NCBI GenBank assembly: GCA_051294375.1
Contig: CM119270.1
Location: 5,492,050-5,556,049, forward strand
Source of the DNA: Paraspadella gotoi
Taxonomy: Eukaryota; Animalia; Chaetognatha
Direction of reading: 5' to 3'
Length of the DNA: 64,000 bases
The position numbers were made by a program, and so were the translations under genes. The notes below the pieces were generated by a model, which was not told where the DNA came from, made no database searches, and worked only from the letters and a program-made list of their open reading frames with translations. Positions 48,550 through 64,000 of the stretch are shown in pieces. Numbering within the stretch: position 1 is the stretch's first letter; the number at the start of each line of letters is the position of its first letter.

Positions 48550-49569
48550 TCAGCCCCTTCGAAAGATAGACCGACGCTTACTTCGTAAGGTTTCCGGATC
48601 CGAACCTGAAGATAAAAAAAAGTTCTGTTGTACTTACAAATTGTACCGAAATAAAACGCATTTCAGCTGTTTTTATGAGCAAAATTTTAAAAAAATGCAT
48701 TTCTTTATGCCGTAAATAGACTTTAGGAATCACCAGGAGGTCAGCTTTTTTAATCTGAACTTCATTTTTCCTCATATTCCAGTTGATTTGGGGTTAATTT
48801 TACTTGAGCCGACCGAGGTTAGGGTTAAGAGTAGTTTAGGTTAGGGGTGGTTATTTTTAAGTGGTTTTTTAAAAGACACCAAAACCGCGGTCGGCGAAAG
48901 TAAAATTTGAATGACAGTTTATCTTAAGAGAAAGCTCGTTATTATCGGTTTTAAGTTAGTAAAACTAGTTTGAAAATATTTAAAATGATCAATCGAGGAG
49001 CTCAACCTTAGCCATTTCTGCGTCTTCTACGAAAGACGGAACGACGCTTATTTCTGAAAGTTTCCGGGTCCGAACCTAAAAATAAAAGTTTTATTTAGAT
49101 TTTTTTTCTTAATTAAAACATTTATAACATTTTATAAGAATGACGCAGCGAAATTGAAGGTCGTAAGCTCCCTAAAGCAAACGAACAAAATGGCGGCAAA
49201 ATTTTTATTTGTCCAATCTAAAATGCATTTTACATCTTGTTTTTAAACGATTCCTCCTTCCAGGACCCCTACCTCCCCTCACCCTCTCAACTCACCATTG
49301 TAATAATTCTTCAAGACTTCCCTCAGCCTCGTCACGACATCCTCCTCGGATTCCTCATCGACGGCTTCCCTGCCAGCGCCGTTCCCAGCTTCGCCTCGTT
49401 CGCCGATTTTGCCGTCGTCTTGACCGGCGACTTCTCCATCTACATCCGGGCCGTATTTGCGGTTGCCAGAGACTTGGTGCCGACGGGTTAAGCCATCTCC
49501 GCCGTCGAGGTAAACGAAGGCCAAAACGGCGAAGATCGTGACGACGAGAGATATTTTCAGGGAAATCAT
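48550..49569 (-). CDS. Small secreted prepropeptide with acidic spacer and two alternative homologous terminal exons encoding Arg-rich, Gly-extended peptides
   Basis: Exon 1 49569-49296 (signal; ...EESEEDVVTRLREVLKNYYN G|gtgag); exon 2a 49075-49008 GSDPETFRNKRRSVFRRRRRNG*; exon 2b 48605-48550 GSDPETLRSKRRSIFRRG*. Both have good acceptors and are phase 1. Confidence 0.78.
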
Positions 49570-49888
49570 GATTAAAAACAAAAAATTTTGAGCGGCTGAA
49601 AATGAAACTCACTTGCGTTAAACGTACGAATAGTAATTAATCAATTTCAGTAACTTAAATACTAAAAACAAATAGGAATTCCAGAGAAAATAAGACATAA
49701 AACATATTTAACCTATAAAGAGGAGTAAAAACCATATAAAAGGTTTGTAAAATTGTATATAAAGCTCTATTAAGCTTTTCACGAATTCTAAATCAAGTAG
49801 AAAAAATAAAACAGTTTTTAGCAGTCGGTTTAGACTTTAGTCGTTTCATAAGACTAAAATAAGGCATAAGACTGAAAGGCCCCGATTT

Positions 49889-50323
49889 TCAATCGTAGAC
49901 GCTTTTTAAGGGACGCTTCCGTCGAGGAAGCGCATCCTTCCGTAGCGACGACCAGGACGGGCCACTTCTGTAGCCCCTAGACGCATGAGCTCTTGAGGTA
50001 AAGCCTGATGTCAACGACCCACGATGTTCGCGGATCGGGGCGCTTGGTTGGTTCGGGAAAGACGACCCTGGTATAAATAAGATGGCATTTTTTTGTTTGC
50101 TTTATTTCTTACTCTACTAAAACGCTAGCGGTTCACTTACTCCCCCCTCACCATCGAATTCGCTCCATTGACCGCCCAGGCTTTGAATGATTCTGTTCCA
50201 ATCGTGATTCCACGTTTCTTCTCTCTCATCGTTGCTCTTCGCGGCGAACGCTTCGTCGCTGAGGCAAACGGCGAAGACGACGACGAACGCGGCGATCGCC
50301 GCTGAGACTTTGATGAGCTTCAT
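49889..50323 (-). CDS. Small secreted prepropeptide; 2 exons
   Basis: Exon 1 50323-50152 MKLIKVSAAIAAFVVVFAVCLSDEAFA...WNHDWNRIIQSLGGQWSEFD G|gtgag; exon 2 50067-49889 GSSFPNQPSAPIREHRGSLTSGFTSRAHASRGYRSGPSWSSLRKDALPRRKRPLKSVYD* (furin-like RRKR). Confidence 0.7.
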
Positions 50324-51494
50324 CGCCGAGAGAATCGTGATACGCGAGGTCAACGAGGAGAATGATCTAAAAAGACTACGTGGATAATTAGGATGGAAAT
50401 CATTCAGATACGCTTCAACATGATCGAAAGTTGAAAAAGAAAGCGTAAGAGTCGAGGTACGCAGCGACACTATTTCGAAATGTGTAAATGTATACGAAAT
50501 AAAAAGAAAATTTTGTCAGGAAAAATGAAAGCTCGAAGAGATTTTACAATTTATTTTTAAAATTTTATAGAATCAAATAAAGAAGACGCTCAGGTTATTT
50601 GCTTAAAGACCTGATAAGGTTATATAAGCCAAAAGGATTAGCTTTTGTGTCCATCAAATGGTTGATCCTGTAAAAACTCCGATCCAAAGTTTGACGTTAG
50701 GTTTGTTTTTTTTTCGATCAACCATTGATTCTTTCTTTTTATTTCCTTCATTATGTACCTCTCAAAGATTAGACTGTTTTATTTCATAAGTTAAATCGCT
50801 AACGTTTTCCAGTGAATAAACTAGGGATGGCTTTCCGACAAATTAACGGACCTTATATTAGTAGAAATCTATTATGAAATTAAATTCAATAGGGGCGGGG
50901 GTTCAAAACTTTAGTCTTGAAGTCTACTTTTAGGTAAAAAAAGATTTTGATGGATTCTGATAGAGCATAAAAAGTTAAATAAAAAATATAACTACAACTT
51001 TCACAAATTTTTATGTTTTCTTGGTCAAAATGAAGAAAAAGTAATGAAATTATCAAAAAATGATGATGATGATGATTATAAATAGTTTTTCATATTTTTC
51101 ACACACTTATGATCAAAATATCGAAAAACGAATTATACTTTGTGTAGACAACTTTTTGCAAGCTACCTGAATCCGATCTTAAAAATAAAAAAATCCGAAA
51201 ACAATTTTTAGCCTTTCCTATTTATAAATAAATATTAAAAAATTAATATATGGAGAATGGAGTAATATTAAAAGTTTTTGTCTATTCAATTTTTTTTTCA
51301 ATGTCTAAATTTTCGTTTGAGCAGGTGCTTAATTCCAATTTCTTAACCACCTTACTAAGTTAGGCTCCCCCTAATATTAGCTCTGCCTTTGCCATTCGCC
51401 CTTACCGATCGGCTGAGGAGCTTTCCCTCAATTCGACAATTTTCGATTTTATTGTTAATTCGTGTAAGAATTCAGGTTTGAAGAAATGAGCGCG

Positions 51495-51578
<84 letters not shown>

Positions 51579-53098
51579 GGTTACTTCCATAATTAGTTTT
51601 TTATGAGGTGCTGCTTCAAAACTAATCATAGTAGACAGAAGGTTCCTCAGTCTCAATAGATCGATAGGTTGAAAGATATCTTTAAATCAATTTCTTGCTT
51701 TAACTCTAAAATCTATATTTAGATTTGGATTAACGAATCGGTCAAGTTCGAAATGAACAAACATGCACTAGAATACATAACATTGAAATGCGAACGCTTA
51801 ATATAATACAACGTGAACGCCCGCTCTTCAAAGTAGATTGACCATATGGAGTTTCAAGCTACAATAATCATGCTTGTACTCAAAGAACGAATATTCATGG
51901 GGAGGGGGAAAAGCGGGCGCACTGGTTATCCGAACACGACATTTCCGAATACGAACTCCGTCCAGCGAGTAAAAAAGTTTTTCAAACATGAAAATTGGAA
52001 CAGAAGTTTTTGTTTGTTTTTTTCTTCTTCCTTAAATTTTCCTCTTCCTATTTTATTTATTTTTTTTTTTTGCGTTTTAATTGTTTCGCTTCGTTATGTT
52101 TAAAATAAAGATTGATAAAGATTGATAAAGAAACGAATTTAATTTTACGAGACATCAGAATCAAAACTAAAGCTACCGAAAAAAAAACAACAACAAAAAA
52201 CAGGAATACAACAAAGCCGAGAACTTTTTCTAAAATCATGGATTACTTTTATTTTGAAACCACGAAATGGAAGAAAAAAAAGTTTATTCAAGCTAAGTAT
52301 ATATTTTTAATGTTTTAAAAATATTTCAGTTTCTAGTTAAAAGTTTTAGTTGTATAATATATATAATTACTCGCTTTGGGCGTTTAAAAGAAATGTATCA
52401 ATAAAATAAGTTATATCTTAATAGCGACTGATAAGTAACCTTTCAACCCCCCTCCCCCAAAAAATATCCGTTTTAATATTTCATGAGAACGAAGGCAAGA
52501 TAAGAATTACTTCGCTCCAATAATTTCTTGAAATTAAGGTCAGGGGTAAATAGATGCGACGAACACGATTAATATAAACATGACCCCGAAAAAAGAAGAA
52601 AACCGTGTCCCGCCGTTGGTGGACTTAGTGATCGTTCCTGTCTTCTCTCTCTCTCTCTCTCTCTCTCATTCTCTCTCTCTTCTCTCTCTCTCCTGGTATT
52701 TTTCACAACCTTGTTCTTCCCTGCTCCAATACTTTATAAATTTTAAGCTTCTTTTCCTACCATTTATTTTTAATTTGCATACATACTCCTAATTCAGTTC
52801 TTTAACTACAAAACNNNNNNNNNNNNNNNNNNNNNNNNNTAACATTAAAATATCATATAACATAATTTTATAAAAGTTTCTTAGTTTTTTACAGCGAATC
52901 CAAATTCAGTTCTTAAAAATAAAAAAAAATTATTTTGAAATTTGACGATTTTATAAGGATATTACTACATAAATAATTGAATTTGCTATACTGTTATGCT
53001 AAAATTTTTTTTTAAAAGGATTTAAAATTTATTAATTATATGTCCATAGCAGCAAAAAAATAATGTTCAATCACTCAATCTTTTCATCACTCCACCCT

Positions 53099-53782
53099 AC
53101 TACTTAGGACCCAGGTTGTCTTTTATCATTAAAAATATACGGATTTTAATGATTAAAATGCTTGAAAGAACATTGATAATTTAAAGCGAAAATCACGATC
53201 ATCACCAAAAAGATTAATGCAGCTTCGCTTCGAGGCTGCGAAGACCAATCAGAGAATCGGAACCTGAAATTAACGGCGAATTCGATTAAATCGTTTGAAT
53301 ACGAATCCTGATTTTGGATCCGGAAAGAAAATAAAAGTTGAAAAAAAATTGAAAAAGCGGGCTTAATTTCGTCGTCGTCGTCGTCGTCGTGTCGTCGTCT
53401 TGCTCGAGGTCTTTGTCTTCATTTTCATTCAGCGAACGAAAAAGAATCAAAGTAACAAAATCAACGAAGCTAAATGTCGGAATCATTAGCGGTCACAGCA
53501 AAATTTCTAAATTAACCAAGAAATTGATAATAAGAATGTCAAAAGCTTAGCTATTGTACAGTCCCATCTCTGGCTTTGAAAGAACGTCCCTGGCTAACAT
53601 CTTGGCTTAGTAACGACATAAGGGTCAACAAGTAAAATCTTTCTGGTCCAGCAGCAACTTTTATTGGGTCCTGCAGCAACATCACCAACAACCGAGTCGC
53701 TTTCTTCGTCCCAACTCGGAATTCTAACGAAATCAAAGACCCAAGTTTTAGCGGTCAATTAATCTTGGGATGGTGAAAAACC

Positions 53783-53859
<77 letters not shown>

Positions 53860-53938
53860 GCTGAGATAAAAAGGAATGGAAAATAGGGAGAAAAATAGAG
53901 AGAGATCTTTGAGAGGGAATGCGAGCAAGAGAAGGGAG

Positions 53939-54020
<82 letters not shown>

Positions 54021-54994
54021 AGAGACGCAAAAACAGGCCACATCGAAAGAGGAATTGGCGGCGCGAGAAAAAAAAAAATGGGAGAAGACGAATCGAGTGT
54101 TGGAGTGAAGGATTGGAACAACGACGACGATTAAGACGACGACGACGACGGACGACGGACCTAAAAAAAAAAACAATCTCGACAAACTCGATTAACAATA
54201 AAAAATCAATGAACAAAGTTAACACTCAAAGTACTATTGTATTACAGATAAAAAGGCTTTCAAGTTTCTTACTTTTGATATTATTTTTTTCTGCTACTAA
54301 TAAAAAGTATATATACATATAATATATAATATAATATCCCAATATTCGCGCTAATTTATTACCCAGTTCCCATCTTTTCGAAATGGTAATTACAACTGGC
54401 CATAACTATGCGAGTCAAAAAGAGAGAGAAAAACGCAAAAGTCAGTTGGTTCGCTTATTTACAGTCCCAACCCACGTTTGACCCTTGCACTTGGCTAACT
54501 GGAAAAGAAAAAGAAAAGGGATAAGATGGGGATCGAAGCGTCTTGACTGCATACGAGACTGCACATTGTGCACTGTGCACAATGTGCGATCAAAATCCGA
54601 TTTCTTTTAGAAGAATTAGGTCTGTTTTAAGCCTATGTTTACAAATGTGCAATTGTGGTACTGTGGACTATTGAAATTAAACGTGACGATAGTTAAACTT
54701 TTTTAATTTTTTAATATCCAATACTAGAGCACCCAATATCGAATATCCCATATCCAATCCAACATTCGACACAGTTAAAGATGTTTAAACAAATGAGAAA
54801 ATGAACTGAAAACAAACGAAGGAGGAGGATGAAGGAAGAAGAGGAGGAGTAGGATGAGGAAGAAGAGGAGGAGGAGGAGGAGGAGGAGGGGTGAAAACTT
54901 GCGTTCAGCGTCAATGTATGCGGAGATGAAATTGCTTGTGAATTTAAAACGATCAGAGGGAGAAGTGAGGGAGGCAGAAAGGGAGGAAGGAGGA

Positions 54995-55053
<59 letters not shown>

Positions 55054-55987
55054 AAGAGAGAGAGAGAAGGAAGAGAGAGATTTAGAATTAATGGAGTTGA
55101 AGGAAACGAAAATGGAAAAGGTTAAGAAGAGCTCCTCCTCCTCCTCCTCCTCTTCTTCCTCATCCTACTCCTCCTCTTCTTCCTCATCCTCCTCCTTCGT
55201 TTGTTTCAGTCATTTTCTCATTTGTTTAAACATCTTTAACTGTGTCGAATGTTGGATTGGATATGGGATATTCGATATTGGGTGCTCTAGTATTGGATAT
55301 TAAAAAATTAAAAAAGTTTCACTATCGTCACGTTTAATTTCAATAGTCCACAGTACCACAATGCACATTTGTAAACATAGGCTTAAAACAGACCTAATTC
55401 TTCTAAAAGAAATCGGATTTTGATCGCACATTGTGCACAGTGCACAATGTGCAGTCTCGTATGCAGTCAAGACGCTTCGATCCCCATCTTATTCCCTTTT
55501 CTTTTTCTTTTCCAGTTAGCCAAGTGCAAGGGTCAAACGTGGGTTGGGACTGTAAATAAGCGAACCAACTGACTTTTGCGTTTTTCTCTCTCTTTTTGAC
55601 TCGCATAGTTATGGCCAGTTGTAATTACCATTTCGAAAAGATGGGAACTGGGTAATAAATTAGCGCGAATATTGGGATATTATATTATATATTATATGTA
55701 TTATACTTTTTATTAGTAGCAGAAAAAAATAATATCAAAAGTAAGAAACTTGAAAGCCTTTTTATCTGTAATACAATAGTACTTTGAGTGTTAACTTTGT
55801 TCATTGATTTTTTATTGTTAATCGAGTTTGTCGAGATTGTTTTTTTTTTAGGTCCGTCGTCGTCGTCGTCGTCGTCTTAATCGTCGTCGTTGTTCCAATC
55901 CTTCACTCCAACACTCGATTCGTCTTCTCCCATTTTTTTTTCTCCGCCGCCAATTCCTCTTTCGATGTGGCCTGTTTTTGCGTCTCT

Positions 55988-56076
<89 letters not shown>

Positions 56077-56153
56077 TCTCTTGCTCGCATTCCCTCTCAA
56101 AGATCTCTCTCTATTTTTCTCCCTATTTTCCATTCCTTTTTATCTCAGCCATT

Positions 56154-56225
<72 letters not shown>

Positions 56226-56909
56226 GGTTTTTCACCATCCAAGATTAATTGACCGCTAAAACTTGGGTCTTTGATTTCGTTAGAATTCCGAGTTGGGACG
56301 AAGAAAGCGACTCGGTTGTTGGTGATGTTGCTGCAGGACCCAATAAAAGTTGCTGCTGGACCAGAAAGATTTTACTGTTGACCCTTTATGTCGTTACTAA
56401 GCCAAGATGTTGAGCCAGGGACGTTGCTTCAAAGCCAGAGATGGGACTGTACCAATAGCTAAGCTTTTGACATTCTTATTATCAATTTCTTGGTTAATTT
56501 AGAAATTTTGCTGTGACCGCTAATGATTCCCGACATTTAGCTTCGTTGATTTTGTTACTTTGATTCTTTTTCGTTCGCTTGAATGAAAATGAAGACAAAG
56601 ACCTCGAGCAAGACGACGACGACGACGACGACGACGACGAATTAAGCCCGCTTTTCAATTTCTTTTTCAACTTTTATTTTCTTTCCGGATCCAAAATCAG
56701 GATTCGTATTCAAACGATTAAATCGAATTCGCGTTAATTTCAGGTTCCGATTCTCTGATTGTCTTCGCAGCCTCGAAGCGAAGCTGCCATTAATCTTTTT
56801 GCGTGATGATCGTGATTTTTCGCTTTAATTATCAATGTTCTTTCAAGCATTTTAATCATTAAAATCCGTATATTTTTAATGATAAAAGACAACCTGGGTC
56901 CTAAGTAGT
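53099..56909. repeat. ~1.8-kb-arm inverted duplication with ~240-bp GA-rich spacer
   Basis: 53099-54890 is the reverse complement of 55132-56909, differing mostly by 1-nt indels. Confidence 0.85.
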
Positions 56910-57066
56910 GCTCCTGACAAAGAGCAGAGACACAAGTGAAGATACAATGTTTACTACGAATTTATTTGACAACTTTTCGTTTAAAATATTTAATAATTAT
57001 CTTTTAAGACTACTGTTTTGTTTCAACCAGCGGGTGGTATAGAGAGAGGGAGAGAAAAAGAGAGCC

Positions 57067-57132
<66 letters not shown>

Positions 57133-57245
57133 AATACGCGCTATAAAAAAGAAAAACAAGAAAAAAGAGAGATGAGACAGCGAGGGATGGGCACCAAGAG
57201 AGAAAGAGAAGCGGCGAAGTGGCTCGTCCGCACGCTCCCAAGCCT

Positions 57246-63835
<6,590 letters not shown>

Positions 63836-64000
63836 CTTAAAACGGAAATTTATATATTGTTTACAATATTTCATTTAAAAAAAAACAAAAAAACAACGTC
63901 ATAAGCAAGAAATGAATTGAGTCAATTCGGATTTGAAAACTCGATCGTATCAGCGAATATCGCGATATACCGACATCTAACATCTAGACAAGCTCTCTCT

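Overview
Eukaryotic (invertebrate-animal-like) genomic DNA: AT-rich introns with many (GA)n microsatellites, GC-richer exons, three N gaps. Genes reconstructed by hand from splice sites: a multi-exon astacin metalloprotease with LDLa and Cys-rich tail (-, 5.6-16.1 kb), a helical protein with a C-terminal CCCH finger (-, 26-28 kb), a 5-exon kelch protein (+, 33.8-37.0 kb) and the 3' half of an ABCB (P-glycoprotein-type) transporter (-, 57.2-63.8 kb). The most striking part is 37.9-50.3 kb, a tight head-to-tail minus-strand array. It holds two paralogous ER-lumenal JmjC (2OG/Fe) oxygenases (signal peptide, HxD...H, EF-hand, KDEL/KREL) interleaved with four secreted peptide-precursor genes: one with about 9 KR-flanked EEGSGI(K/Q)PY(Y/H)I repeats, two paralogs with Arg-rich RS(I/V)FRR peptides (one with duplicated alternative last exons) and one more prepropeptide. 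This looks like an animal RiPP-like peptide-plus-modifying-enzyme cluster, which is an inference. Also present: minimal type-I hammerhead ribozymes in inverted repeats, a tRNA-containing HINE/SINE-like family, a dispersed structured element with compensatory changes, MITEs and large inverted or tandem duplications. All calls are by eye; no database searches were run.
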